The translations under genes and the position numbers were made by a program. Shown here one piece after another: positions 19,472-29,707 of a DNA stretch of 64,000 nucleotides. Each line of letters opens with the position of its first letter. Position 1 is the stretch's first letter. This DNA comes from an uncultured Trueperaceae bacterium. Lineage in GTDB: Bacteria > Deinococcota > Deinococci > Deinococcales > Trueperaceae. Below the pieces are notes generated by a model that worked only from the letters and a program-made list of their open reading frames with translations, had not been told where the DNA came from and did not search any database. Where the stretch lies: the NCBI GenBank assembly GCA_963799485.1, contig CAWCXJ010000001.1, positions 32,001-96,000 of the forward strand. The letters are read 5' to 3'.

Positions 19472-20773
19472 CTACTCGAGCGGCTTGCCGATAAAGGCTA
19501 CCGGGTCCCAACCGTAAGCCACTACGATTTCCCCGCCGACGTTATCTGCCACTGGGTCGAGCATCTTGACCGGCAGGGGTGTGAGTGAAGTCCAGCCGTC
19601 GGTCTTGGGGTCGTAGGCAAAGGTGTCCGGCCTGCCCATGAGGTGCCCGACCTCGCCGCCCATCACGATGATGCGCCCGTTCATGACAAAGCTCGAGTTG
19701 CTGTTGTGCGAGATTGCCAAGGGCATACTCGCGACCTGCGCCCAGCTGTCGGTTTGCGGGTCGTAAGCGTGAACATCGGCTTGCGTGGTAAGTTTGCCGT
19801 CGTGACCACGCTGTCCGGCAATCGCATAGATTTTGCCGCCCAGCACGGCTGCGCCCAGGTGGTTGCGCGGGTTGGGCAGCTCGGCACCTTCACGCCACAC
19901 CTTGGCACCGTCCGCTAGATCGAGGATAAAAAGCGTACCCACGTCGGCCTTGCGGCGGTCGTTGCTGCCGCCGAAGTAGTAGAGCTTGCCGCCGTAATAC
20001 TCGAGCTGTCCCGCACTGCGCGCTTCGGGCAGGTCGGGCATACGGGAGTAGGTGTTTTCGGCGACGTTGTAACGCCACACCTCACGCGTCCCGAAAATCT
20101 GCCCGGTGTAGTCGTTATTCGAGGTGTAGCCGCCCGCAAAATAAATATCGCGCCCGTCGGTGGTAAACCCGGCGTGCGTGACGCCGCCGTACCCCGTCTT
20201 GTTCATCGGCGGCAGCGGTGCGAGGGGCGTCCAGGTCGCCGCCACCGGATCGAAAACGAAGGTGCGGTCGGTCGGCCTGCAGCAGCGGTAGGTACTGTCG
20301 AAACCCCCGAACGCGTAAAGCTTGCCGTTTAACGACACACTTTGCGCTTCGGCAACCCCGTAAGGCGGGACGGCGGTCGGTTGCCAGGTGAGGTCGGTAA
20401 AGGTAGCGCCGCCTTCCGAGTTGTCTTCCGCTACCGTAACGACCGGGGCAGCCTGACTGATACTCTGCCCGTCCAAAGTGACGCTGAGTGTCGCCGGAAA
20501 GCTGCCGGAACCGGCGAAGGTGTGGGTCTGGCTGTTCGCCGCGCAGTCCAAGGTGTACTCGGGCGTGCCGTCGGCCCCGATATCGAGCTGACACGACGCT
20601 CCGGTACCCCTGACCTTCCAGGTATAGGTGGCGCTTTCGCCCGCTGTGATGCTTGTCGGGGTGACCTCGAGGCGTTCGACGGCGGGCTCCTGAGGGTTCG
20701 TCCGCTCGTTACCCTGACTGCAAGCACCCAAAAGCAGCGCCAAACCGACCAAAACCGGAAGATACTTGTGCAT
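19472..20773 (-). CDS. Lipoprotein with a PKD-like domain and a Kelch-repeat propeller
   Basis: Lipobox LGAC; SQTHTFAGSGSFPATLSV (PKD-like); repeated GKLY.FGG...YDP....W....LP Kelch blades. Confidence 0.8.
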   Translation of the reverse strand: MHKYLPVLVGLALLLGACSQGNERTNPQEPAVERLEVTPTSITAGESATYTWKVRGTGASCQLDIGADGTPEYTLDCAANSQTHTFAGSGSFPATLSVTLDGQSISQAAPVVTVAEDNSEGGATFTDLTWQPTAVPPYGVAEAQSVSLNGKLYAFGGFDSTYRCCRPTDRTFVFDPVAATWTPLAPLPPMNKTGYGGVTHAGFTTDGRDIYFAGGYTSNNDYTGQIFGTREVWRYNVAENTYSRMPDLPEARSAGQLEYYGGKLYYFGGSNDRRKADVGTLFILDLADGAKVWREGAELPNPRNHLGAAVLGGKIYAIAGQRGHDGKLTTQADVHAYDPQTDSWAQVASMPLAISHNSNSSFVMNGRIIVMGGEVGHLMGRPDTFAYDPKTDGWTSLTPLPVKMLDPVADNVGGEIVVAYGWDPVAFIGKPLE

Positions 20774-21021
20774 GTCGCCCAGTATGCCCGAGATTTGCCT
20801 GGTTTTCTGTAATCACTAACCGATAAACTCGGTAAACTGCTAAAGGGTGAAGTTGATGTACGCCTGTTGGCCGTAAAATCGACTTGACCGTAAGCTCGGC
20901 CGTAAAGCTTGCCACACAGGCAGCGGCGCAGACGTCGCAAGTAGCTTCAGGGAGCGGCTTACCTCACATCCTTGCTACGCTGAACCTGTTAGAGTCGGTT
21001 ATGACAGTGAGCTGCGTCTGA

Positions 21022-21035
21022 GTAACTATAGTTAC
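21022..21035. promoter_or_regulatory. Perfect 14-bp palindrome, candidate operator
   Basis: GTAACTATAGTTAC, 50 nt upstream of the LuxR-family gene in the divergent intergenic region. Confidence 0.45.
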
Positions 21036-21085
21036 GATGTGTTTTACGTATTTTACGTGATGAGCCGAAGCTTTTTGGAGTCGTT

Positions 21086-21616
21086 ATGCACGTCTGGATA
21101 ATCACGGATTTTCAGGTTCTCAATAAAGCGTTGACCGAACTCGTAACCAGTCTCGGTTTTAAGGCGCACGCCACCCACACGCCTGAAGTCGAGATTGCAC
21201 TTGCCTACCTTACCCGCACCTCGCCGCCTTATCCGGCCCCTCCGCCCGTCCCGACCTTAGCGCTTTTTTCCGGCAGTGAAGACGAGGTGATCCGCTTGTT
21301 GCAACGCGGGTACCGCGGCTATCTAGGGCCGGACGACCCGTTGAGCCGCCTCAAGCTGGCGCTCGAGGCTCTCCGCCGGGGTGAAATCTGGGCGAGCCGT
21401 GAGCTCCTGACGCGCACCCTTGGGACGCTTGCCGCCCCGCAACTGACCGACCGCGAGCGTGAAGTCTTGCAACTTTTAGCAGGTGGGCTCAGCAACCGTG
21501 CGATTGCCGAGCAACTAGGTATTTCAGAGCGTACCGTCAAGGCGCACGTTTCGAACTTGTTCGACAAACACGGCGTCAGAAACCGCACCGAACTCGTGTC
21601 GCAGGTTCAGCACTAG
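21086..21616 (+). CDS. NarL/LuxR-family regulator with a degenerate receiver domain
   Basis: [45 protein letters not shown]; receiver lacks the acceptor Asp and the conserved Lys. Confidence 0.88.
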   Translation: MHVWIITDFQVLNKALTELVTSLGFKAHATHTPEVEIALAYLTRTSPPYPAPPPVPTLALFSGSEDEVIRLLQRGYRGYLGPDDPLSRLKLALEALRRGEIWASRELLTRTLGTLAAPQLTDREREVLQLLAGGLSNRAIAEQLGISERTVKAHVSNLFDKHGVRNRTELVSQVQH

Positions 21617-21827
21617 CTGGTTTCGGCTTTCCCTCAACCCTTTGAGCCTTAACCCTTTGAGTAGGCGTTCGTGTGCACTAAACCGTGTGCACTAAACGGG
21701 GGTAGATGTTCTTAGCTAAATCAGGGGCGTTTCGGGGCTGTTTGCTTTTGCGGTGCTACGCCCTTACTGCACTTTGACCGTGTACAAAGGCGGGCGCACA
21801 CCTGCCAAGAGGGTGCTACCCTAGAGG

Positions 21828-22568
21828 ATGCGTCTTTTAATCTCCAACGACGACGGCATCTACAGCCCCGGTATTTGCGCCCTCGCCGAGGTCGCTAGTG
21901 AGTTCGGTGAAGTCCGAATCGTCGCACCCGACGTCGAGCAGTCGGCGATGGGTCACGCGATTACCATCAGCAGGCCGCTCACCTATCACAAAACGCCTAT
22001 CGAGGGCTTCGACGCCTACCGCGTCAACGGTACGCCCGCCGACTGTGTCGCGCTCGGGGCCGACCTCTGGGACAGTGTTGATTTGGTCTTGTCGGGTATC
22101 AACTTAGGGCTCAACGTAGGGCACAACGTGTGGCATTCGGGTACGGTCGCGGCAGCGAAGCAGGCCGCTTTTCTAGATATTCAGGCGGTCGCCTTCAGCG
22201 CTCCCTACGAAGGCACGCCGCCCGATTACGAGGCACTTAAGCCCTTCATCCGGGATATCATCACCCACCTGGTAGAGCTAAAATTGCCTCTGGTCAACGT
22301 CAACTTGCCGCTTCAGCCCCAGGGCATCCGCTGGACGCGGCAGTCGGTGCGTCACTACGAGGGGAGCGTCGTCCCCGGTGAAGACCCGATGGGGCGTTCG
22401 CACTACTGGTTTGCGGCCTATCCGCGTACCGGGGCCGAAAAGGGTACCGACCGTTGGGCGCTCGAGCACAACTATGTTTCGCTGACGCCGCTGCGCCTCG
22501 ACCTGACGGACGAAAAGCTGCTTAGCGAAGCAGTCACGCGGGCGAAAGAAGCGCAGGTTTCCCGGTAA
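21828..22568 (+). CDS. surE: 5'/3'-nucleotidase SurE
   Basis: [33 protein letters not shown]. Confidence 0.93.
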   Translation: MRLLISNDDGIYSPGICALAEVASEFGEVRIVAPDVEQSAMGHAITISRPLTYHKTPIEGFDAYRVNGTPADCVALGADLWDSVDLVLSGINLGLNVGHNVWHSGTVAAAKQAAFLDIQAVAFSAPYEGTPPDYEALKPFIRDIITHLVELKLPLVNVNLPLQPQGIRWTRQSVRHYEGSVVPGEDPMGRSHYWFAAYPRTGAEKGTDRWALEHNYVSLTPLRLDLTDEKLLSEAVTRAKEAQVSR

Positions 22569-22578
22569 GGGCTCCCGG

Positions 22579-23361
22579 TTACGTGCCTGAGTCGGCCCGA
22601 CTGGCAGCGCTGTGTTTGTGATAGTGCGCTACCCAGGCGTCTGAAACCTCGTCGGCGAGCCGTTCGTGGGGTAACTCCGGCAGTGACCAGTCGGGGGCGG
22701 GCTCGAGCCCCAAAAAGTCCAGAATGCTCCGTACTGCTGTTTCGGGTACCCGCACATAGTCTTCGTAGACGACGGTGTAGGGCGTAGCCCCGAACGCGTC
22801 GAAAAAACCTTGCCAACGCGCCTCGCGCAGCGTCAATTCGTGAACCCAGTGGTTGAGGGCGGCAAAATCGAACTCGGTGTCAAGGTCTGTTTCAGAGGCT
22901 GCGTCAGAGTCTGACGTAGCCTCAGGTGCTTCACCGCTGTAACGTGCCCACACCCCCGACGACCTCGCCCGCACATACGAAACCGCCTGCTTCACTTTGT
23001 CGCGCCGGGTCAAATAAACGAAGCGGAGGTCCGGAAACGCCCACCGCACCGCGTCGGCGTCACTCAGCTGCGGCGCACAGAGCCGTTCGCGCAGGGCGTC
23101 GAAGGTGGGGTCGGCGTCCTCGTCGAGCATCACCTTGACCCCGAAAACCCCGTTTGCGGTCGCTGTTCGCGTAGTTACGGCGTCCAGATAGCTGCTTGCG
23201 CTAGCGACCTCGAAGCGCTCAAAAAGCTCGGGCCAGAAGCGGCGGTTGAAGTATTCGGTCGGGCGTCCGGCGACGGCGGTTTGCTCGAGCGCGTCGCAGA
23301 GCGCCGAAGAGCCGCTACGGGGCGTGGTGCAGAGCCAGTAAGAGGGGTTGAAAAAGGTCAC
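22579..23361 (-). CDS. Stf0-family sulfotransferase
   Basis: YWLCTTPRSGSSALC (5'-PSB), GRPTEYF, NGVFGVK, LTRRDKVKQAVS, VYED; probable GTG start at 23361 (ORF extends to 23661). Confidence 0.85.
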   Translation of the reverse strand: MTFFNPSYWLCTTPRSGSSALCDALEQTAVAGRPTEYFNRRFWPELFERFEVASASSYLDAVTTRTATANGVFGVKVMLDEDADPTFDALRERLCAPQLSDADAVRWAFPDLRFVYLTRRDKVKQAVSYVRARSSGVWARYSGEAPEATSDSDAASETDLDTEFDFAALNHWVHELTLREARWQGFFDAFGATPYTVVYEDYVRVPETAVRSILDFLGLEPAPDWSLPELPHERLADEVSDAWVAHYHKHSAASRADSGT

Positions 23362-23933
23362 GCTTTTAGGATGAAGTACCCCGCGCGCTCCGTTAGCGGG
23401 ATACTTCCGGTTCACGGTTCGGGATACTTCACGGTTCTGAGTACTCCACGGTTGTGGAAGACAGTCGCCGGGAGTCTCGTTGTAGCGGGTCTCGAGCCGC
23501 CGTGAAAGCGCGGTAATTTGTCCGGTCTTTATCACCATGCAAAAGGTGTCTGCCGAAAAAACGGTCTCGGCGAACGTGCAAGGCGAGGCGTTGCCAGATG
23601 TCTTCGGCAGGCGCGCTTCGTAGTGTTTCGGGGTGCTCGCGGTACGCTTCTGCTTCTTCAAACCAGTTCGGTCAACCGATTCGTCAACCGAAAGGCATCA
23701 CCAGGTCGTAGCGGTAGAGCAGTTGTAAAAACGCTGAAAGTCGCCCCTCCCAGTAAGGTACTAACAGGCTCCACTTAAAGCCAACCTCACTCGGAAGTAC
23801 GAAAAAATGCTTCGCCCCGGACGTTTTGCTCTAACAAGAGCGCCAGCCCCAAGCCGAGCCCCGGGCAACCAGCCCAAAAGAACACCGTAAAACCTCGCTT
23901 CTCGATATACGTATACCTGCTATATTAACTGTT

Positions 23934-24608
23934 GTGTTAATGCTTTTTACGACCTTGCAACGCTACCTGCGCGAGCCTGTCAACAGCCTCTCTCACTTCG
24001 CCGGGATCATCCTGAGCTTGGTCGGTCTGAGCGTACTGCTGTTCTCCTCGGCGGGTGAGCCCTGGCGCTTGACGAGTTTCGCCGTTTACGGTGTCAGCTC
24101 GGTGCTCCTCTACACCTCGAGCACGCTGCTCCACAGTCTCAAGGTCAAGGCGCAGGCCGAGCGCTGGCTGCTCCGCCTCGATCACGCGGCTATTTTCATC
24201 TTGATTGCCGGCAGCTACACGCCGATCACCTTGGTTACGCTGCGGGAGCACAGCCCGGCGTGGGGCTGGACGCTGTTCGGCACTGTTTGGGGCATCTCCG
24301 TTCTCGGCGTTATCTTCAAGCTTTTCTGGCTCGACGCACCACGCTGGCTTTCGACCGGGCTTTACTTGCTGATGGGCTGGCTGGCGGTGGTCGCCGGCGG
24401 CCCGCTTGTTAGCGCCTTACCGGCCGGAGGACTTGTCTGGTTGGTGGTAGGGGGACTGTTTTACTCCGCGGGAGCCGTTGTCTTTATCCTCGAGCGCCCC
24501 AACTTCTATCCCGGCGTCCTGGGTCATCATGAGCTGTGGCACTTTTTTGTTCTGGCGGGCAGTATCAGCTACTTTTTGATGCTGTTTTTCTATGTACTCC
24601 CGGCGTAA
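23934..24608 (+). CDS. Hemolysin III / PAQR family membrane protein
   Basis: EPVNSLSH, RLDHAAIFILIAGSYTP, HELWHFFVLAGS. Confidence 0.9.
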   Translation: MLMLFTTLQRYLREPVNSLSHFAGIILSLVGLSVLLFSSAGEPWRLTSFAVYGVSSVLLYTSSTLLHSLKVKAQAERWLLRLDHAAIFILIAGSYTPITLVTLREHSPAWGWTLFGTVWGISVLGVIFKLFWLDAPRWLSTGLYLLMGWLAVVAGGPLVSALPAGGLVWLVVGGLFYSAGAVVFILERPNFYPGVLGHHELWHFFVLAGSISYFLMLFFYVLPA

Positions 24609-24725
24609 GCAGGTTGTGTGTTTGACCGGTGAGCTTCTTGGTCGAAAAAGACACTACTAGAAACGCATATATTATGAGGTGATACCTGCGGGTTTTACGT
24701 TCCGTGACGGTAACCGCTTTTAGAG

Positions 24726-27128
24726 GTGATGACGATAAGAGAGGCAGTTACAGCGCAAGAACTTAGAAACCGGCTGCGGGGGCCTTTGACCCTCGAGCTT
24801 AGGAGTGGCTGCCACGATACGGCGGTCAAGGGGGGGCTCGAGCGCCTCTTGGAAACCGTCGGCGGGCCGTTCGGCGACGTACGGGAACTGATAGGCGGTT
24901 ACGGCGCACTCTCGCCCGGTGAACGCGAAGAGAGGTTGGAGCAAGCCCTGACGCTCCTCGGCCCGCCCGAAGAACCGGTTTTTACACCTTCACCGTCGGC
25001 TACACCTCTCCGAAAACCCGTAAAACCTGCACCTGCCGCGCCGGACGTTCAAGTTATGGATTTCGCCAGTGCCCAACTGGGCGCCGAGTTTGACCCCGGC
25101 ACGCTCAACGTCGGTCAGAGCGCCGTAAAAAAACTTGCGCCGCTGGGTCTCAAAACCTACCGTGACCTCTTGTTTTACTATCCCAAACGCTACGAAGACC
25201 GCCGCGCCCTGCCGAGTTTTGCGGCTTTGGGCGAGCAGGAATCGGTCACAGTCGTCGGGACGATTACGGGGCGCAAGCTCACGCGGGCGCGGAGCGGAAT
25301 GACGGTGGTGCGGGCGTTTTTAGAAGACACGCACGGCGCAAGGCTCACAGTCGTGTGGTTTAACCAGGCGTGGCTCGAGAAGCAACTTTTCCCCGGTCAG
25401 CGCATCGTCGTCACCGGCAAGGTCAAACGGCGCGGCAGCGTGACTGAACTCTCAGCGGCGCATCATGAAATCGACGACGACTCCGAATCGCTCTCGGCGG
25501 GGCGGATTGTCGGCGTTTACGGCGCTACGCAGGGCTTAAGTCAAGCCTACCTGCGGCGGGCAATACGTAGACTTTTAGATGCGCTGCAACTCGTGCCCGA
25601 CCATCTGCCGAAAAGCATCGTCGAACGGTTTCACCTCATCTCGCTCGACGAGGCGTTGCGTGAAGTGCATTTTCCTACGGGTGAGAAAGCACTTTCAGCA
25701 GCTTTACGGCGTTTGAAGTTCGACGAGTTTTTGTTTCTCGAGCTGCGCGTTTTGTTAAACCGCGATACGGCGCTGGTCGGCAAACAGTTCAAGGTCAGGC
25801 AGGGTGATTTAGAGATGTTCGCCTCGAGCCTGCCCTTTAAGCTCACGAACGCGCAGAGCCGCGTGCTAGACGAGATTTTAGGCGATATGGCGAATCCCAA
25901 ACAGATGGCGCGGCTGCTGCAAGGGGACGTCGGTTCGGGTAAAACGGCGGTGGCAGCGGCAGCGGCATATATCGCCGTAAAAAACGGCTTTCAGGCCGCG
26001 CTCATGGCCCCAACCGAAATCCTGGCGCGACAACACTACCTGAACCTGATGCAGTATTTGCAACCCCTCGGCGTCGCGTGCGACTTGTTTATCGGGTCGT
26101 CGGGTTTCAAAGAGCGGCGGGGGGCGCGGGAGCGCTTGCAGTCGTCGCAAACCGACCTTGCCGTTGGAACCCACGCCTTGATTCAAGAAGGCGTCGTGTT
26201 TCGCAACTTAGGTCTGGCCATCGTGGACGAAGAACACCGTTTCGGCGTCGAACAGCGCCGTAAACTCCTGGGCAACTCCCCGGACGTCTTGGTCATGAGC
26301 GCCACGCCGATTCCGCGTTCGCTGGCCCTGACCTATTACGGCGACCTCGAGCTCTCGATCATCGACGAACTCCCGCCCGGTCGTCAAGGGGTTGAAACCC
26401 GCTTGGTCGGTGACGCCAAACGCCGCGACGTGTACCGTTTTGCGTGGGGCGAGATTCAAAAAGGGCGGCAGGTTTACCTGGTCACGCCCCTAATTGAAGA
26501 GAGCGAAGCCGAAGTCATGAGCGAAATCGTCTCGGCGACGCAGATGTTTGACGATTTACGGGCCATCATGCCCGAAGGCTGCCGCATTGCGCTGTTGCAC
26601 GGCAAGCTGACCGGTCAGGAAAAAGACGAGGTGATGGAGGCGTTTCGCCGCCGTGAGTACGACCTTTTAGTCTCAACGACCGTGATTGAAGTGGGAGTGG
26701 ACATCCCGAACGCTTCGGTGATGATTATCGAAAATGCCGAACGCTTTGGGCTCTCCCAACTCCATCAGCTCCGGGGCCGGGTCGGGCGCGGCGAACACGC
26801 GAGCTTCTGCATCCTGGTGGCGGGCGACCGCTCGAAAAAGACGCAGCAGCGGCTTGGCGTCATCGAAAAGAACACAGACGGGTTTGTGATTGCGGAAAAA
26901 GATTTGGAACTGCGCGGCCCCGGTGAGCTGCGCGGGACGCGGCAGTCGGGGATGCCGGATCTGGTGTTGGGCGACCTTGCGCAAGATACGGAGATTATCG
27001 AGCGCTCACGTGATTTGGCGAAACGGATGTTGGAGGCTGACCCGAAGCTCGAGGCGTTGTGGGCGGCAAGGCTGCGTGAAGAACTCAAGCGCCGGAGCCG
27101 CGCGGTGGCGTTTAGGGAGATTATCTAG
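24726..27128 (+). CDS. recG: ATP-dependent DNA helicase RecG
   Basis: LLQGDVGSGKT, DEEHRFG, MSATPIPRSL, QLHQLRGRVGRG, DLELRGPGE. Confidence 0.96.
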   Translation: MMTIREAVTAQELRNRLRGPLTLELRSGCHDTAVKGGLERLLETVGGPFGDVRELIGGYGALSPGEREERLEQALTLLGPPEEPVFTPSPSATPLRKPVKPAPAAPDVQVMDFASAQLGAEFDPGTLNVGQSAVKKLAPLGLKTYRDLLFYYPKRYEDRRALPSFAALGEQESVTVVGTITGRKLTRARSGMTVVRAFLEDTHGARLTVVWFNQAWLEKQLFPGQRIVVTGKVKRRGSVTELSAAHHEIDDDSESLSAGRIVGVYGATQGLSQAYLRRAIRRLLDALQLVPDHLPKSIVERFHLISLDEALREVHFPTGEKALSAALRRLKFDEFLFLELRVLLNRDTALVGKQFKVRQGDLEMFASSLPFKLTNAQSRVLDEILGDMANPKQMARLLQGDVGSGKTAVAAAAAYIAVKNGFQAALMAPTEILARQHYLNLMQYLQPLGVACDLFIGSSGFKERRGARERLQSSQTDLAVGTHALIQEGVVFRNLGLAIVDEEHRFGVEQRRKLLGNSPDVLVMSATPIPRSLALTYYGDLELSIIDELPPGRQGVETRLVGDAKRRDVYRFAWGEIQKGRQVYLVTPLIEESEAEVMSEIVSATQMFDDLRAIMPEGCRIALLHGKLTGQEKDEVMEAFRRREYDLLVSTTVIEVGVDIPNASVMIIENAERFGLSQLHQLRGRVGRGEHASFCILVAGDRSKKTQQRLGVIEKNTDGFVIAEKDLELRGPGELRGTRQSGMPDLVLGDLAQDTEIIERSRDLAKRMLEADPKLEALWAARLREELKRRSRAVAFREII

Positions 27129-27189
27129 CCGTGCGGCGTTACGACGAAGCCCGTTTTTCCAAGCACGGTTTGTGTCAAGCTGAGTTCAG

Positions 27190-27645
27190 ATGAGCCTCCT
27201 TCTACGCTTTGGCTTCTTCTTCATCGTTGCAGGCTTGATTATCGGTCTGCTCGTGCGCCGCAGCTACCCCGAACGGACACCTGAGGCCGTTCTAATTTCA
27301 GGGCTGCCGTGGGCGGTTCACCTTGTCTACGCGCTGGTCTGGGCGCTCAGCACCTACCAGGCCGTTCTCAGCACCATCATCTTCGGACTTTTGGACGTCG
27401 CGCTAGCCGTTCTTATCTTCCGCTTCGGGCCGCGCCTTTACCGCCGCGACACCCGCCGCGCCGCGTTCGTCCCGCTGCTACTGCTAGCAGGTCATATTCT
27501 CATTCTGAGCGTGTGGATACTTCTTACCGAGGTGTCGTTTGGAACGTTGCCGAACCTGTACTTCGTCGCCGCGACGCTGTTTGTTTCGGCGGGGCTGTTG
27601 ACTTACGGCATTCCGTTACCTAAGGGCATCGTCAGGCGGCGCTAG
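27190..27645 (+). CDS. Hypothetical membrane protein
   Basis: 151-aa ORF with about 5 hydrophobic segments filling the gap after recG. Confidence 0.6.
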   Translation: MSLLLRFGFFFIVAGLIIGLLVRRSYPERTPEAVLISGLPWAVHLVYALVWALSTYQAVLSTIIFGLLDVALAVLIFRFGPRLYRRDTRRAAFVPLLLLAGHILILSVWILLTEVSFGTLPNLYFVAATLFVSAGLLTYGIPLPKGIVRRR

Positions 27646-27655
27646 AGGTTGCCGG

Positions 27656-29638
27656 TTACAAACCCTCGAGCGCCTCCAGCAACCGGTACTTGCGCTTGTG
27701 TTTACCCCGTAAAACTGTAACGTAAGCCTGCCACGCCTCCGCTCGTCCGCTTGCGCCATACGCCGTTTTCGCATAACCCAGCCACCGTGCGGCACTGTCG
27801 TAATGGTTCGACCGGCCCCCGTCCATAATCGGTTCGGCTTTTCCGCGTGCAGTGCTGATGACCCATGAAGCGTGCGTATGGGTAACTGCGCCCATGACTT
27901 TTTGAAGCAGATTGTCGTCGTTAGAACGCGAGGCAATTTTTACGGCGTCGTCCGGCAAACCTTCTTTTAGAAAAATGTCCGCTGCCGCATCGTAGTTCGG
28001 GTAACTCGCGTTTCTCAAGCTCGTAAACAGTTGTTCTTGAACCTGCGGCCAGTCCGCACCGCTCAGGGTTCGCAGAGCTTCATAGCGCGGCAAACTGCTG
28101 ACGAGTTCAAACTCTATCAGGCTGGCGTCCAGTGTAGCCTGATGGTTGCCCACACGCGCCGCCAAATCTTTGGTGAATGATGCGAGGGCGAGGCGGTCGT
28201 TTCGTCCGCTGTTTGTCCCGATGAACTCCAATCCAAGCTCCCGTAAACGGTTTTGCTGTGCTGAATGTTCCTGCTCTGTAGCCCGAGCCAAACCATGTTT
28301 CAAACCGTACTGTGCCACTTCCAAAGCTTCTTCGGGCTGTGCGCCCCCCAGCTGCCGCGCTACCGTGAGCGCATCCTGTTCATTCTTGACATGTTTTTGA
28401 TATTCAACCATGACCTGACTCAGTTTGCCCTGCTCGAGCAGCACGCCCAGATACCCCGCGCCCTGCCCGGTCGTCTCGGCAAACGCCAAGGCTTCGTCGC
28501 TCCGGCCCGTCTCCCGCAGCACCCGCAGGCGAATTTCGCTGTAAGTGTTTCGGTCGGCCCTGCTAAGCTCGAGCCGCGCCACCTCAGCGAGCAATTCTTC
28601 GGCCTCCGCGTCACGGGTCTGCAAGCCTTCAACCAGCGCGTGCGCCGCCATACTGAGACTCGGGTTCGTCCACTCGTTACCGATCTGGTCGTTCCAGGCG
28701 AAAACCTCGTAGAGCAGACGTTTGCGCTCACCTTCACCCAGCACTAAACCTAAAACAGCTTCGGTCAAATACCGGTCGAAATCGTCGAAAATCCATTCAT
28801 CGCTAAAACCGATGCCCTCGTACATGTCTTCTATACTATTGACTTCGTTTATAAAGGTGTTGATGAGGGCACAAGTGAGTGCCAGCGCGTCCCGGTAGGC
28901 GGCGCGTTCCAGAAACGCTTTGATTTCACCGATGACCTTGTAAACTTCCTCGTATTCGGGAAAACCGTCCCAGTCGCGGCCTGCGCCGCGCACCGCCGTT
29001 CGCATCAATTTTTCAAACAAGCGGGTGTCGAGCGCCGGTTCAGCCGGAGGGTCGTCCGGTTCTGAAGTTGCACGCTCAATTTTTCGCTCGGTTTCCTTTT
29101 GTATTTGCGCCTTTTGCAGGTACAGCTCGAGCGCGTCAATCGCCTCGGGGTAGAGCATGAGCAGATATTCCACCGCGCCGCGCAGGTCGTCTTTGCCCAA
29201 AGGTTCTAAAAGTTCGCCGACGCTGGCTTCACTGATGATGTGTTCGGGCCAGAAGTGAACCTCGAGTGCCGCCGCCGCGATATGTTTGCAGTAGTCGCCG
29301 AAACTTTCCGTATAGGGACACGTGCAGTCGGCGTGCTCGAGGTCATCTCCGGAGAGTGTGAGCGTCACCCGGTAGGGTTTGGTGTCGCTGCCCTGCACGC
29401 CCGCCGACACCGTGTTGCCGCGCAGCGTAAGGTTCAAAACTTCGCCGCTCCGCTGATACTTTTGCCCCCGCTCGAGGATGTGCGGCGCAAAGTGGGCGCG
29501 GAGTTTTTGCAAGTCGAGGTTGGGCCTCTCCATGCGTTTAAGTCTAGCGGGTGTGATGGCAGTTAGGTTAGAGCTTAAGTCAGAGCTTAACAGGTTGGAT
29601 GAAGTCGGGACGCTCTGCTCTGAAGTCCTATCAGCCAA
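27656..29638 (-). CDS. SWIM zinc-finger protein with a helical-repeat C-terminus
   Basis: ERGQKY, VQGS...YRV, CTCP-x7-CKH SWIM motif; start uncertain (ATG 29533 possible). Confidence 0.8.
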   Translation of the reverse strand: MADRTSEQSVPTSSNLLSSDLSSNLTAITPARLKRMERPNLDLQKLRAHFAPHILERGQKYQRSGEVLNLTLRGNTVSAGVQGSDTKPYRVTLTLSGDDLEHADCTCPYTESFGDYCKHIAAAALEVHFWPEHIISEASVGELLEPLGKDDLRGAVEYLLMLYPEAIDALELYLQKAQIQKETERKIERATSEPDDPPAEPALDTRLFEKLMRTAVRGAGRDWDGFPEYEEVYKVIGEIKAFLERAAYRDALALTCALINTFINEVNSIEDMYEGIGFSDEWIFDDFDRYLTEAVLGLVLGEGERKRLLYEVFAWNDQIGNEWTNPSLSMAAHALVEGLQTRDAEAEELLAEVARLELSRADRNTYSEIRLRVLRETGRSDEALAFAETTGQGAGYLGVLLEQGKLSQVMVEYQKHVKNEQDALTVARQLGGAQPEEALEVAQYGLKHGLARATEQEHSAQQNRLRELGLEFIGTNSGRNDRLALASFTKDLAARVGNHQATLDASLIEFELVSSLPRYEALRTLSGADWPQVQEQLFTSLRNASYPNYDAAADIFLKEGLPDDAVKIASRSNDDNLLQKVMGAVTHTHASWVISTARGKAEPIMDGGRSNHYDSAARWLGYAKTAYGASGRAEAWQAYVTVLRGKHKRKYRLLEALEGL

Positions 29639-29707
29639 GGTTTGTCTCGGCGCACTTTCTCATTACAAAGAGGGTAAGACGCCCGGACTGAGGTATCATT
29701 CGCGGGT

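Noticed and set aside
23362..23661. 100-aa N-terminal extension of the Stf0 ORF
   Set aside because: No family resemblance; the Stf0 motif begins just after GTG 23361, which has a -10-like box upstream.
24690..24715. TTACGTTCCGTGACGGTAA upstream of recG as a DdrO/RDRM box
   Set aside because: The spacing does not fit the 17-bp RDRM palindrome.
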